Source: Acidobacteriota bacterium (lineage in GTDB: Bacteria > Acidobacteriota > Blastocatellia > RBC074). Taken from it: 64,000 bases of DNA. Shown piece by piece: positions 38,736-48,866 of the stretch. The notes under the pieces are model-generated. The model did not search any database and was not told the DNA's origin. It saw only the letters and a list, made by a program, of their open reading frames with translations. How positions within the stretch are numbered: the first letter of the stretch is position 1; the number at the start of each line of letters is the position of its first letter. The DNA is taken from positions 4,395-68,394 of the forward strand of contig JAFDVL010000097.1 in assembly GCA_018268995.1 (NCBI GenBank), given 5' to 3'. The position numbers were made by a program, and so were the translations under genes.

Positions 38736-39839
38736 TTAGCGCAGTAACTCTTTGACGCTGGCCCGAATCATCGTTGGCGCAATATCGTCTCGCACGACAA
38801 CTTCGCCAATCGTCGTCGGCAAAATCAGCGGCACTTTGCCTTGCGAAGCTTTTTTGTCCAGCGTCATTGCGGCAAGAATGTCCGGGACTTGTAAATCAAG
38901 AATCGGGGGCAATTGCCCTAAGGCGTCAACGCCAATCTCGATAGCCTGTCGTTCGTCCTTTGCCAGCAGTCCTGCTTTCGTTGCGATATTCGCTGCTGCT
39001 TTCATGCCATAGCCGACCGCCTCGCCGTGTTTCAAACGGCGATACTGGGTGATGGCTTCCAGTGCATGACCAATGGTGTGACCGTAATTCAAAATCTTTC
39101 GCAGCCCCGATTCGCGTTCATCTGTCGTGACCACCTCGGCTTTAATCTCGCACGACCGCTTGATGATATGCACAAGCGTTTCTGCCTCGAAGGCTTCGAC
39201 TTTCGCCTGATTGTCGCGAATAAAATCAAACAACGCGCGATCCCAGATGACACCATATTTCAAGGCTTCGTACATTCCGGCGCGTAATTCACGGGCTGGC
39301 AGCGTTCGCAACACAGTTGGATCAATGATTACAGCTTTGGGCTGGTGAAATGCCCCGATCAGATTTTTGCCAAGCGGATGATTGACTGCCGTTTTGCCCC
39401 CAACAGAACTGTCAATTTGTGCCAGCAGCGTCGTCGGGATTTGAATAAAATTGATTCCACGCTGAAAACACGCTGCCACGAAGCCCGCCATATCCCCCAC
39501 CACTCCACCGCCCAGCGCCACGATTGCATCACCACGCTCGAAACGATTGGCAATTAAAAACGACCAGGCTCGCTCTGCCGTCTTGAGCGATTTCGCCCGC
39601 TCGCCATCGCCCATCAAATGCGTGAGGGTGGTAAAACCCGCCTGTTTCAGGCTTTTTTCAATGGTCTTACCGTACTGACTATGAACGCGCGGATTGGAAA
39701 TGAGTGCCAGCTTGCGGGTCTTGGGGCCAAGTGCCGCCCGCGCGATTTCGCCCGTGTTTTTCAGGCTTTTTTCTTCAATCGTGATGTCATAACTGCGCTC
39801 GCCCAGCGCAACGTGAACTAAGTTTGTTGCTTGATCCAT
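38736..39839 (-). CDS. aroB: 3-dehydroquinate synthase
   Basis: It carries GGGVVGDMAGFVAA, IPTTLLAQIDSSVGGKTAVNHPLGKNLIGAFHQP and GHTIGHALE. Confidence 0.92.
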   Translation of the reverse strand: MDQATNLVHVALGERSYDITIEEKSLKNTGEIARAALGPKTRKLALISNPRVHSQYGKTIEKSLKQAGFTTLTHLMGDGERAKSLKTAERAWSFLIANRFERGDAIVALGGGVVGDMAGFVAACFQRGINFIQIPTTLLAQIDSSVGGKTAVNHPLGKNLIGAFHQPKAVIIDPTVLRTLPARELRAGMYEALKYGVIWDRALFDFIRDNQAKVEAFEAETLVHIIKRSCEIKAEVVTTDERESGLRKILNYGHTIGHALEAITQYRRLKHGEAVGYGMKAAANIATKAGLLAKDERQAIEIGVDALGQLPPILDLQVPDILAAMTLDKKASQGKVPLILPTTIGEVVVRDDIAPTMIRASVKELLR

Positions 39840-39988
39840 ATCCCGGCAGTATATGGATTTTAGAACGTGTGGCAACGGTCAGGCCTTTTGTGAGGAGATT
39901 TTGGCTTGGAGTTTTCCCCTCTGCGCGATTACCACCGTGATGGTCACCGTGGCAATCGCGCGGCGGCTGAGGACGGCTAAAGGCAAAG

Positions 39989-40384
39989 TTAGTGAGTGGC
40001 AGTGTCGCGCGTATTCTTTTGGACGGCGATGACCGCAAACAGACTTAACGCAAAGGACATGGCAAAGAAGCCTTTTTCGCTCAAGGTCAGCGTGGCATTA
40101 ATTAATCCAACCGTCAGCAACAGAAGCGTCAAGATCGTCGAGAACCAGCTCAGACCATAGTAAACCGCTGTGACGGGAATTCCTTCGGCTTTGTCACGCA
40201 CGCTTTTTTGCACAGAGACAGCGGAAAACAAGCCATACATCAGAATCGTAAAATAGTATCCTTTTTCGTTCAGTTGCATTTGGGCATTCCAGAGTCCGAT
40301 TAAGTATGCGCCTAAGCCCAGCGCCAGGGCTGTCCAGGATGCGCCTAAAAAGGCTGCGGATGGTTTTTGTATTTCAGTGTTCAT
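39989..40384 (-). CDS. YiaA/YiaB-family inner membrane protein
   Basis: SD aaggagg precedes the ATG. It contains two YiaAB two-helix repeats: LNEKGYYFTILMYGLFSAVSVQKSVRD and LSEKGFFAMSFALSLFAVIAVQKNTRD. Confidence 0.75.
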   Translation of the reverse strand: MNTEIQKPSAAFLGASWTALALGLGAYLIGLWNAQMQLNEKGYYFTILMYGLFSAVSVQKSVRDKAEGIPVTAVYYGLSWFSTILTLLLLTVGLINATLTLSEKGFFAMSFALSLFAVIAVQKNTRDTATH

Positions 40385-40759
40385 TGGTAATCCTCCTTGG
40401 TTGTTGATCGAACGATGTCAGTGTAGCGATTTCTTCGCCTGGATATTTGTGCCTTACGACAGTTTTTCAAGTGTCACAAACTGACGCGGGGTCTCATACG
40501 CGCGTTCAGCCTGACCTGAAGCAATCGCGGGTCGTCCCGAAATTGCTTTCGATGTTGTGTGTTTCCTGAATTGGTTGAGCGAAGAAGATGAGCGGAAAAG
40601 GGACGTGCGGTGAAAATAAATTTTTCCTGAAAATTGGCAGGGCGACCGTACCGTAACCTGCCCAGGCTGCGGAAGTTTGAAGAGGAGGTTCGCCGGAGCC
40701 AGTGAATCGTTCGCGCTGCACACGCAGACTCAACAGTCTACGGTACGATTGAGCGGTGG

Positions 40760-41368
40760 TTACTTCACCATTCCGGTCATACCTGCCTCATACAATCGCT
40801 TATCCATGAGGCGACGTTTGCGTTCCATTGGCAAGGTCATTACGCGTGAATGGGGGACAGCACAAAGATGTTCACAGATGTTCCAGAGGTCGTCCTCAGC
40901 GGTCATCCAGTTTGTGCGATCAAAGCGCGTGAGGTTCAGCGGACGAGTCGAAAAGGCACGCAAAGTCTTTTCGCCTTTGAGATTGTAATAGTGCTCAAAA
41001 TACGAAAGTACCAGTTCACGGATGGTGCGATAGACAGGTTCACGAAAGCGCAAGCCTGCATAATTGGATTTTGCAATCGCGCCCCAGTGATTATGTTCGC
41101 GGAAGACAGCTAACAAGTGGTCGTCATCGCGCACAGCTTCTAAATCAACGATCAACGGCGGATGTCCGTGGACGCGCAAGGCGGCAGCGGCAAAAAATGC
41201 GCCTTCGGCACAGTGCGCCAGCCGATCCTGGAGGACGCGGCGCGGGCTGCGGCAGGTTGGGCCGTGTGGCTCTTTGTTGTACGCAATGTCGTGATCCAGA
41301 AAGGACTGAATTTTCTCTGGTCGGGAAAGTTTTTTCATGAGGGCAAGTTCAGCGCGCGTGAAATTCAA
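40760..41368 (-). CDS. Hypothetical protein, possibly a transglutaminase-like Cys-His-Asp fold
   Basis: A TTG start is preceded by the SD AGGAGtcaact. The candidate catalytic context is LAHCAEGAFFAAAAL ... DDHLLAV ... HWGAIAKSN. The family assignment is tentative. Confidence 0.45.
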   Translation of the reverse strand: MNFTRAELALMKKLSRPEKIQSFLDHDIAYNKEPHGPTCRSPRRVLQDRLAHCAEGAFFAAAALRVHGHPPLIVDLEAVRDDDHLLAVFREHNHWGAIAKSNYAGLRFREPVYRTIRELVLSYFEHYYNLKGEKTLRAFSTRPLNLTRFDRTNWMTAEDDLWNICEHLCAVPHSRVMTLPMERKRRLMDKRLYEAGMTGMVK

Positions 41369-41527
41369 AGTTGACTCCTATCGGACAGTTGCGTTCTGAG
41401 GATTAAGGCAGGTATTCTCTCCAATCCCGGAAAGATTGCAAAGCTTGCAACGATTCGCTTGCTTCTTTCGTCTAAGGGAGCGGTTGGTACGCTGGACAGA
41501 ATTTCGATTCACATTTGGAGGGTAGCA

Positions 41528-42565
41528 ATGAAAGTTAGACTATTCGTTCTCGGTCTGCTGATGGCTTTTTCTGTGCAGGCATTTGCTCAGGGAGATGCAA
41601 AGGCACAGGAAATTATCAAAAAAGCGCGCGCGGTCGTTGGCAAGGAAGATAAAATCAAAGGATTGCAAAACATCGTCGCTGAAGGCACGCAAAAAAATAC
41701 GATGGGCAATTTCAACATGGAAGCTTCTCTGGAGCTGACCATGATGATGCCAGATAAAATTCATCGTTCGGTGACACGCAGCTTCGGTGGAAATGATGTT
41801 GTGATGGTTGACGTCTTGAATGGCACCCAGGTTTGGAATGACCGCATTGGTGGCGGCCCCGGTGGTGGCCCTGGCGGTGGTGGTGGCGGTATGCGGGGCA
41901 TGGCTGGCCCTGGCGGCGGCGGCGGATTCCTCTCGCCTGAGCAACAGGATCGTAATCGCCGTAACGATCTGGCCCGTGTCATGCTCGGATGGTTTTTAAT
42001 GGCTCCTGGCGGACTTAATGCTGAATACACCTTTCTGGGTGAAGCCAAAGCGCCGGATGGAACTGCGGACATCATCGGTGTGAAAAATGCCGACGGGCTG
42101 ATTGCCAAGCTGTACATTGATCAGAAAACGCACCAGCTTTTGATGCTCAGCTACAAAGATAAAGATATGCGCTCAATGTTCCAGCAAGGGCAACGTGGCC
42201 CCGGCGGGCAAGGCGGACAACCTGGGCAACCCGGTCAAGGCGGACAGGGCGGTCAACGCGGCCCTGGTGGGATGAGCCGGGAAGAGTTCGATAAATTGCC
42301 GCAGGCAGAAAAAGACAAAATCATGGCCGAACAACGTGCCCGTCAAGAAGCTCGGATGGCGGAAATGAAAACCGCCTATGAAAAAGCTCCTGAAGTGGAT
42401 ATTCAATGGAGCTTTTCTGAATACAAGGAATTTAACGGTTTGAACCTGCCCACAGTTTTGACCAAAGCCACGGGCGGCACTCCAAACGAAGAATGGGTCA
42501 TCAGCAAATTTAAGTTCAACGAGAAGAAAGTGAACGCTGAAAAATTTGAGAAGAAAAATAAATAG
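41528..42565 (+). CDS. Hypothetical secreted protein with two Gly/Pro/Gln-rich low-complexity inserts
   Basis: SD ggaggg precedes the ATG, followed by the signal peptide MKVRLFVLGLLMAFSVQAFAQ. The inserts are GGGPGGGPGGGGGGMRGMAGPGGGGG and GQRGPGGQGGQPGQPGQGGQGGQRGPGG. Confidence 0.6.
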   Translation: MKVRLFVLGLLMAFSVQAFAQGDAKAQEIIKKARAVVGKEDKIKGLQNIVAEGTQKNTMGNFNMEASLELTMMMPDKIHRSVTRSFGGNDVVMVDVLNGTQVWNDRIGGGPGGGPGGGGGGMRGMAGPGGGGGFLSPEQQDRNRRNDLARVMLGWFLMAPGGLNAEYTFLGEAKAPDGTADIIGVKNADGLIAKLYIDQKTHQLLMLSYKDKDMRSMFQQGQRGPGGQGGQPGQPGQGGQGGQRGPGGMSREEFDKLPQAEKDKIMAEQRARQEARMAEMKTAYEKAPEVDIQWSFSEYKEFNGLNLPTVLTKATGGTPNEEWVISKFKFNEKKVNAEKFEKKNK

Positions 42566-42593
42566 AGCAGCGGCACCACCTTTTCACGATTCC

Positions 42594-42623
42594 GGGGCGC
42601 GTGATTTTGCCGTCATGCGCCCC
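42594..42623 (+). terminator. Possible terminator hairpin between convergent genes
   Basis: ggggcgcgtga pairs with tcatgcgcccc with one mismatch. It is followed by gctcttatttct. Confidence 0.4.
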
Positions 42624-42656
42624 GCTCTTATTTCTGACGGTTATCCGTGGCTGCGG

Positions 42657-44936
42657 CTACTTCAATTTCGCGTGTTCTTTTTTCGCTTCAATCAGCACGG
42701 GCAACTCCGCATCAGCGTCTTTCCACAGCTTGAAAAATTCTTCATACGACCAGCGTGCTTTCACCGCATCGTCTTGCAACAGCGCCGCGCGCGCCAAGCC
42801 GAGATGTGCGAGCGGCCAGAGCAGAGAAGCTACATCCCAACCGCGATGGTCAATGATCTTCTGAAATTCGGCGGCAGCTTCTGCACCACGCTTGAGTTGC
42901 AGATAGGCTTGGCCGCGAAGCCAATTAGGGCGCAACATCGCTGCTGACGATGCTTCATACAAACTCGTCGGTTGCAACAGTTCGAGCGCTTTGGCGGGTT
43001 GTCCGCGTTGCAATGCAATCGTCGCGTGCGTCAGCGGCGCAATGACGGACAGTACGAGTGTGTTCTGCGGATTCTCTCGCACGAGTTCGTCGGTCAACGC
43101 TTGTGTCCGCGCCGCATCGCCACTGAGCGCAAATGTCCAGCCCAGAAACGGCTGTCCGAGTCCCAATCCCAAATGCTGACGAAGAAACGTTTGATTGCTC
43201 CGTTGCAACGCGAGCGCGCGTTCGGCTTGCGCTCTGGCTTGTGCGGTTAAGCCGACTTGCGCAGAAAACGCGGCTTCCGTGCTGAGGATGTGGAGTTGTT
43301 CTTCCAGTTGGTTGCGCGCGCCTGCCAGCAGATATGCCTGCTGCATCAATTCGCTTGCCTCGCGTTTGCGTCCAGCGAAGAATTGGGTTTGCGCCTGGAA
43401 CGACAGCGCCTGTGGATACGGGGTTTGCGCGAACCACGCGACTTGCCGCTGCATTTCTGCTTCGTCCTGCCGCGCAAAGGCGATGCGCATCATTGTCATA
43501 CGAAAGAGCGGCGAATTCGGCTGACGCTGTAGATTTTCTTGGGCCATCGCGGCGGCTTCGTCGTAGCGGTTCAGGCGCAGCAACGTACCCGCCAGATTAT
43601 TGCGATTGATGTTGCTGTCGGGGTTGAGGCGCAGCAATTCCTGATACGCTACGACGCTGTCCGCCAAGCGCCCGGCCAAGGCGTGCGCCGTGCCCAAGAC
43701 AAAAAAGCCGCCGAAGTTGTTCGGATGCGAACGAGTCATCATCGTCGCGGCTTCTGTCAGTTTGTCCAATTCTTTGGTCACATAAATGTAGCGCGAGGTC
43801 ATGATGTGATGCCGCTCGATTTCGCTCACCCGGTCGCGCAGTTGCCAAGCCTTTTCCAAGCATGCCACGCCTTCCGCCGATTGATTGCGGATCGCGCCCA
43901 GCAACCGCCAGGCCGAAGCAAATTGCGCGTCCAATTCCACCGCGCGCCGCAAAAACGGCACGGCCTCGCCCGATGTTCCTCGTTGGAACAATGCGACCCC
44001 CATCGAATACGCCTGCAACGCTTCCAACGAAGACGTGGTCGTTTCTTCAATCGGCACGTCGAACTTCTGAATCGAGGCCAGCGATTCGCCCAGCTTCTGG
44101 CGCAATTCGCTCGCGCTGCGACCGAGCGTTCGCAAGACTTGATCCTTGCCGTCGGCTTCAACAAACGCGCGCGCGATAGCGTTTCCCGTGCGGCTGTCAA
44201 TCGCTTCCAGCGACAACGAGTAGCGGCGTTCCAGCTTCGCAATCGTGCCGACGAGTAATACCTTGACGCCGCGTCGCTGACAGATTTCGCGCCCGATGCT
44301 GCGCGTGATGCGTTCATTGTCCGGCTTGCCCATCAGCTTCAACGTGGCGCGCGCGCGTTCGTCGGCGAAGATGTTCAGATACGGCGATTGTTCCAGCGTT
44401 GCCGCCAGCGCCTGTTTGAGCGTGCCGTCCCAAATCGCTTCGCCGGTTTGATTGTCGAAATCCGCCAGCAGAATCGGATCGCGTTCGGTCAGCGTGGGCT
44501 TGCGCGTAAAGTAGAACAAGGCGGCGGCGATGAACACAAGCGGAAGGAGGGCGAACAGCGCCGTGCGATAGCGTTGCGGTTTGGTTGACACAGGCAACTC
44601 AGCCTCTGTTACTTCTCGCACCTCCGCGACAAAGCGATAGCCGTGTTTGGGCACGGTTTCAATGTATGAATTCCCGTTGCCGTCGTCGCCGAGCGTCTTG
44701 CGCAGTTGCGACACGTTCCAGGCCAGCGTGGATTCTTCGACAAATGTTTCCGGCCACACGAGCTTGAGCAATTCCTCTTTTTCGAGCAAGCGTCCGCGCT
44801 GTTCGATCAGCACAAGCAGCAGGTCAAAGGCTTTCGGCTTGAGCGCGACGGGTTGCTCTTCGCGCAGTAATAATCGTTCGGCGACATTCAGACGAAACGC
44901 GCCGAATTCGTATAAATGGTTGATTGGCTGACTCAT
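42657..44936 (-). CDS. CadC-like membrane-anchored transcriptional regulator (OmpR/PhoB-type winged helix + TM + periplasmic TPR domain)
   Basis: The N-terminus reads YEFGAFRLNVAERLLLREEQPVALKPKAFDLLLVLIEQRGRLLEKEELLKLVWPETFVEES...ETVPKHGYRF. The TM segment is ALFALLPLVFIAAALFYF. TPR-like repeats follow. Confidence 0.85.
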   Translation of the reverse strand: MSQPINHLYEFGAFRLNVAERLLLREEQPVALKPKAFDLLLVLIEQRGRLLEKEELLKLVWPETFVEESTLAWNVSQLRKTLGDDGNGNSYIETVPKHGYRFVAEVREVTEAELPVSTKPQRYRTALFALLPLVFIAAALFYFTRKPTLTERDPILLADFDNQTGEAIWDGTLKQALAATLEQSPYLNIFADERARATLKLMGKPDNERITRSIGREICQRRGVKVLLVGTIAKLERRYSLSLEAIDSRTGNAIARAFVEADGKDQVLRTLGRSASELRQKLGESLASIQKFDVPIEETTTSSLEALQAYSMGVALFQRGTSGEAVPFLRRAVELDAQFASAWRLLGAIRNQSAEGVACLEKAWQLRDRVSEIERHHIMTSRYIYVTKELDKLTEAATMMTRSHPNNFGGFFVLGTAHALAGRLADSVVAYQELLRLNPDSNINRNNLAGTLLRLNRYDEAAAMAQENLQRQPNSPLFRMTMMRIAFARQDEAEMQRQVAWFAQTPYPQALSFQAQTQFFAGRKREASELMQQAYLLAGARNQLEEQLHILSTEAAFSAQVGLTAQARAQAERALALQRSNQTFLRQHLGLGLGQPFLGWTFALSGDAARTQALTDELVRENPQNTLVLSVIAPLTHATIALQRGQPAKALELLQPTSLYEASSAAMLRPNWLRGQAYLQLKRGAEAAAEFQKIIDHRGWDVASLLWPLAHLGLARAALLQDDAVKARWSYEEFFKLWKDADAELPVLIEAKKEHAKLK

Positions 44937-45097
44937 AACCGCTCCCCAAAATTTTCCCAGAAATTTCCCAACGGTTTCTCAAGACGGATCAGGCGGCTGA
45001 TACCTACCTTCCATCACGCAATGAGCCAAACAGAAATGCAAAGCTGAAGGCGCATTGTACGGTACGGCGCACGGCAATACCAAACCGTTGCGCCTTG

Positions 45098-45174
45098 GGT
45101 ACGGTACGAGGAGCGGTAGCGACTTGGTCGAGGATTACTCTTCACCAGATCGCTACCGCTCGCTGTACCGTACC
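45098..45174. repeat. 25-nt-arm palindromic element (GTACGGTAC / GCGGTAGCGA type)
   Basis: ggtacggtacgaggagcggtagcga (45098-45122) pairs with tcgctaccgctcgctgtaccgtacc (45150-45174) with 2 mismatches. A partial copy, gtacggtacgg, lies at about 45056-45066. Confidence 0.55.
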
Positions 45175-45244
45175 GACAGCTACGTCGAGCCGCAGCACTC
45201 CAAACGCTTCGCGCTCCTTCAAGCGCACAGGCAAAGAGGGAAAT

Positions 45245-46195
45245 ATGAAACATCACCGTTGGTTGCTCATCATTTTGTCAGCCCTCAGCCTGACCATTGT
45301 CCAAGCGCAAACTTCGCGCACGAACTCGGCAGCGGCGTATCTGGAGCGCGGCAAAAGCTATTTTGAAAAAGGCGAGATGGAACGCGCGCTGGCCGATTTC
45401 GAGTTGGCGCTGCGCTTTGATCCAGACTCGGCGATGGCGTACTCCAATCGCGGTTTGGTTTATTCCCTGCAAGGCGATTTGGAGCGCGCATTGGCTGATT
45501 TGGAGCGCGCGCTCGAACTCAATCCGCGCTTGGACAAAGCCTGGGCGAATCGCAGCAGCATTTGGTATCACAAAGGCAAGTATGAACGTGCAATCAGTGA
45601 CGCTTCGCAAGCGATTGCTCTCAACCCACGTGGTGCTTCCGCCTGGAGCAATCGCGGTATCGCCCGGCACGAACGCGGCGATTTGGAAGGCGCATTGTCT
45701 GACCTGAATCAGTCCCTCAAACTCGACGCCAAACACGCCATCGCTTGGAACAATCGTGGTGCAATCCACTTCAGCAAAGGCGATTGGGACAGCGCGATTC
45801 GTGACAATACGCAGGCGATCAAACTCCAACCCGACTTCGCCGAAGCCTGGGGGGATCGCGGCGCGGCACGAAAATTCAAGGGTGATTTCGCGGGCGCGCT
45901 TGCCGATTACAACCGAGCCATTGAATTGAATCCGCAACTCGACACCGCGTGGTTCAATCGCGCGATGCTTTGGTTGGAGCAGGGAGACAAGGAACGTGCG
46001 CGCGCCGATCTGGACAAAACCATTGAACTGCAAGCCGGCACGGCGGCAGATGCGTTTGCGCAGCGTGGCTTGCTGCGATTGCGGCAAGGGCACGAAGCCG
46101 ACGCGCAAGCGGACTTCGCGCAGGCTCTCCAACGGAACCCGAAATTGCGAGCCGATCTGGAACGAAAAATCGCCGCCGTGCGACTGGCCAAATAA
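45245..46195 (+). CDS. Secreted tetratricopeptide (TPR) repeat protein
   Basis: It has the signal peptide MKHHRWLLIILSALSLTIVQAQ. About 8 consecutive 34-aa units follow, of the form A..D...AL.L.P..A.AW.NRG......GD...A..D. Confidence 0.85.
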   Translation: MKHHRWLLIILSALSLTIVQAQTSRTNSAAAYLERGKSYFEKGEMERALADFELALRFDPDSAMAYSNRGLVYSLQGDLERALADLERALELNPRLDKAWANRSSIWYHKGKYERAISDASQAIALNPRGASAWSNRGIARHERGDLEGALSDLNQSLKLDAKHAIAWNNRGAIHFSKGDWDSAIRDNTQAIKLQPDFAEAWGDRGAARKFKGDFAGALADYNRAIELNPQLDTAWFNRAMLWLEQGDKERARADLDKTIELQAGTAADAFAQRGLLRLRQGHEADAQADFAQALQRNPKLRADLERKIAAVRLAK

Positions 46196-46202
46196 TGAAG
46201 CG

Positions 46203-48560
46203 CTATTTCATCGGTTCCAGCACGAGTTTATGTTTCGCATTCGCCTCGATTTTTTCGCGACTGTAAAGCAACGGAAAATATTGCCCGTTCGCCCAGAGCG
46301 GCATCAAATCGCGGTAATGCGGGCTGCCGACCTGGCCGGATTGACCGGGAACGTTTGTGCCGACGGAGTTATCCCAATTCGACAAATCCAGAATCTCGCG
46401 GAAAGACGCCCCTGCGGTTTGCTTGTAATTCGCTCCGCCCGTTGCGTTCGGTGTGTTGGCATCGCCGCCACGTTCAGGCGCAGGCAGATCGAACAGTGCT
46501 TTCAATTCATTCGTCATCGAAAGCGCGTGCGCAAAGGGCGTTTGATGAACTGCGCCCCAGCGCCATTGGCTGGGATCAGTGCCGAGCCTGCGTTTGGCTT
46601 CCGTGACAGCTTCGTCTAAAGCGTTGAGTATTGCCCGATCTCGCACTGCGCGACTGCTGTCGCCAAACCAGCGAGGCGAGGCGTATTTGAGCGTTTCGAT
46701 GGTTTTGAGCAGCGAAATCCGGGATGCGAATTGCGACCAATATTTTTCTGGCACGTGGGGCTTGAAAATCTGCGCGCTGAGTTTATTGCTCCACATTGCA
46801 AACAACGCCGCTGCCGCCGAGTCTTTGCTCATGACAGCATCCCATTTCGTCAGCATCTCGACATACGGTTGCAAATCCGGTGGGACGCCTGTGACTTCCT
46901 GCAACACCCTGATTAATTCCCGTGCGGGCATGGATGTTTCATCGTGTTGTAATCGCTCGAAATCTGAGATGGTGAACTTGCCTTTGCCCGCTGACAGCAG
47001 TTCGTCAATGCGCCGAAACCGAAACGGAGCGGCCCATTCATAGCCGAGTTCCAGCTTGTAATCTTTGGGCATGATGTTGTGATTCGCAGTGGCAACGTAA
47101 TGCTTTGCCGGATTGTACGCTTGCGGCAAATCCTTAATGCTGCGAAATCCCTGCCATTCGTATTTGCCGCTTGCGCCGGGCACAGGCAAGAGTCCCGACC
47201 AGTTTTTGCGAATCGGTGTCAGCCCTGCCGCAACCCAGCCGATATTGCCGTCCACATCAGCGTAAATCAGATTTTCTGACGGCACTTTCCAACGGTCGAG
47301 CGCCTTGTAAAATTCCTTCCAGTTTTGCGCGCGATTCAGCGAAAGGGAAGCGAGATAGCCTGCTGTTCCAGGTTCCTGCCCAACCCAGCGCAAGGCATAG
47401 GCGCGGTGTCTCGTTTGATCTTCGTAAATGACGGGGCCGTGGTTGGTGAACTTCAAATCAACCGTGACAGGTGCCTGGCCTTTGACCTTGATCTGTTCGC
47501 GTTCGACACGCATCTTCAGCCATTTGCCTTTGTATTTGTATTCGTTCGGATTCGCGGGATTGGTTTCTTCGACGTACAAATCCTGCTGGTCAATGCCGAC
47601 AATTGTGAAGCCGAAGCCGACGCGTTCGTTATGGCCTGCCGCTACGCCGGGCAACGCAGGTTCGCCTGCGCCAATCACGTTCCAGCCGGGGCCAACCAGA
47701 TGCACCAGATAGCGCAGACTGGGCAGGGCAATGGTGCGATGCGGATCGTTGGCGAGCAGCGGTTTTCCTGTCGCCGACATCGTTCCGTCCACAACCCAAT
47801 TGTTGCTGCCTTCGTTTTGCTTGAAGCTGACCGTGCCGCTGGCGGCGGTTGCTGCTTTCAGAATTTGATCGTTGATGTCGGCGAGGTCGAGTCCATTCGG
47901 AATTTCGATCTTGCGCGGCGGATCGGTTTCAATCAATTCGTCTACCAGGTCTTTGCCAACTGCTTTGACGAGTTGTGCCCGCAGCACTTCGGTTGAGATG
48001 TTGCGGGTCATCACGTAACCCGCCATCCGCGTCAGGCAAACTTCAGGCGTCCACAATTCGGGCTGCGTGTTAGTGAGCTGGAATTCAATCGGCAGGCGAT
48101 TGCGGCTCATTTCAATGTTCGCGTTCACACCGCGCACAAACGCCGCGATGATGGATTTGGCATCAGGTGCATAGCTTTCATACTCCTTTTTCATATCACC
48201 GCGATAACGCAACAACCGCGCAAATTTGTCGCGTTCAATCGCGCTGGGGCCGAGGATTTCCGCCAGCTTTCCTTCGCCCGTGCGCCGCCACAAATCCAAT
48301 TGCCACAACCGATCCTGTGCAGCAACAAAGCCTTGAGCAAAAAATAAATCGTCCTGTGTTTCGGCATAAATATGTGCGATGCCCCATTCGTCACGCAGCA
48401 CTTTGACCGACTTTTGCAGGCCGCGAAGCTGCAACGAACCGGAAAGTTGCGCTAACACATTTTGGGCGCGTGTTCTGAGGTCAGGTGCCTGGGCTAAAGT
48501 ATTGACTGGGCTATGAATTAGCCCAACCACCAGAGCAAAAAGAAAGATGACGCGGTTCAT
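46203..48560 (-). CDS. Penicillin acylase family (peptidase S45, Ntn-hydrolase) protein
   Basis: It has the signal peptide [25 protein letters not shown]. The family N-terminus reads [13 protein letters not shown]...[15 protein letters not shown]. The autoprocessing nucleophile context is NEGSNNWVV. Confidence 0.9.
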   Translation of the reverse strand: MNRVIFLFALVVGLIHSPVNTLAQAPDLRTRAQNVLAQLSGSLQLRGLQKSVKVLRDEWGIAHIYAETQDDLFFAQGFVAAQDRLWQLDLWRRTGEGKLAEILGPSAIERDKFARLLRYRGDMKKEYESYAPDAKSIIAAFVRGVNANIEMSRNRLPIEFQLTNTQPELWTPEVCLTRMAGYVMTRNISTEVLRAQLVKAVGKDLVDELIETDPPRKIEIPNGLDLADINDQILKAATAASGTVSFKQNEGSNNWVVDGTMSATGKPLLANDPHRTIALPSLRYLVHLVGPGWNVIGAGEPALPGVAAGHNERVGFGFTIVGIDQQDLYVEETNPANPNEYKYKGKWLKMRVEREQIKVKGQAPVTVDLKFTNHGPVIYEDQTRHRAYALRWVGQEPGTAGYLASLSLNRAQNWKEFYKALDRWKVPSENLIYADVDGNIGWVAAGLTPIRKNWSGLLPVPGASGKYEWQGFRSIKDLPQAYNPAKHYVATANHNIMPKDYKLELGYEWAAPFRFRRIDELLSAGKGKFTISDFERLQHDETSMPARELIRVLQEVTGVPPDLQPYVEMLTKWDAVMSKDSAAAALFAMWSNKLSAQIFKPHVPEKYWSQFASRISLLKTIETLKYASPRWFGDSSRAVRDRAILNALDEAVTEAKRRLGTDPSQWRWGAVHQTPFAHALSMTNELKALFDLPAPERGGDANTPNATGGANYKQTAGASFREILDLSNWDNSVGTNVPGQSGQVGSPHYRDLMPLWANGQYFPLLYSREKIEANAKHKLVLEPMK

Positions 48561-48866
48561 GTTTGCGGGCCTTTCGTTTGGGCTGGGAGCGTACACCGCT
48601 CACGGCATGAAATTGGTTGCACGAAACTTGGTTTACAGAAGGTAGCGATCAGCACGCGAGCCGCGTGTCTTCCACAGATGATGCGTGGCATTGTATGAGA
48701 GGCGGCGGTAGATGCCAAATTTTGGCACAAAAAAATATCGGAAAATACCAGGCAATGGAAGTTTAGCTCTCATGGAATCCTAGCTCCCGTCACTGCAACG
48801 GACATGATGCCTGTGAAAAAACAGGCGGAAAAATAACTACTTACCGAAAAATCGAGGTCTTTATTT

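Noticed and set aside
40385-40759. Riboswitch or small RNA in the 375-nt spacer upstream of the YiaAB-family gene
   Set aside because: It contains hairpins, for example AGCAATttCGGGacgaCCCGcgATTGCT on the minus strand. It also has a ggcagg/cctgcc stem followed by a T-rich tract that is probably the terminator of the upstream gene. I could not match it to any riboswitch, 6S, SRP, tmRNA or RNase P consensus. Only a covariance-model scan (Rfam/Infernal) could decide.
45278-46132. 284-aa minus-strand ORF opposite the TPR gene, with similar cases at 43539-44258(+), 5485-6102(+), 47325-47996(+) and 62044-62733(+)
   Set aside because: The opposite strands encode recognisable proteins: TPR consensus repeats, the CadC-like regulator, the helicase, the acylase and the GH3 enzyme. 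These ORFs have no motifs and no SD.
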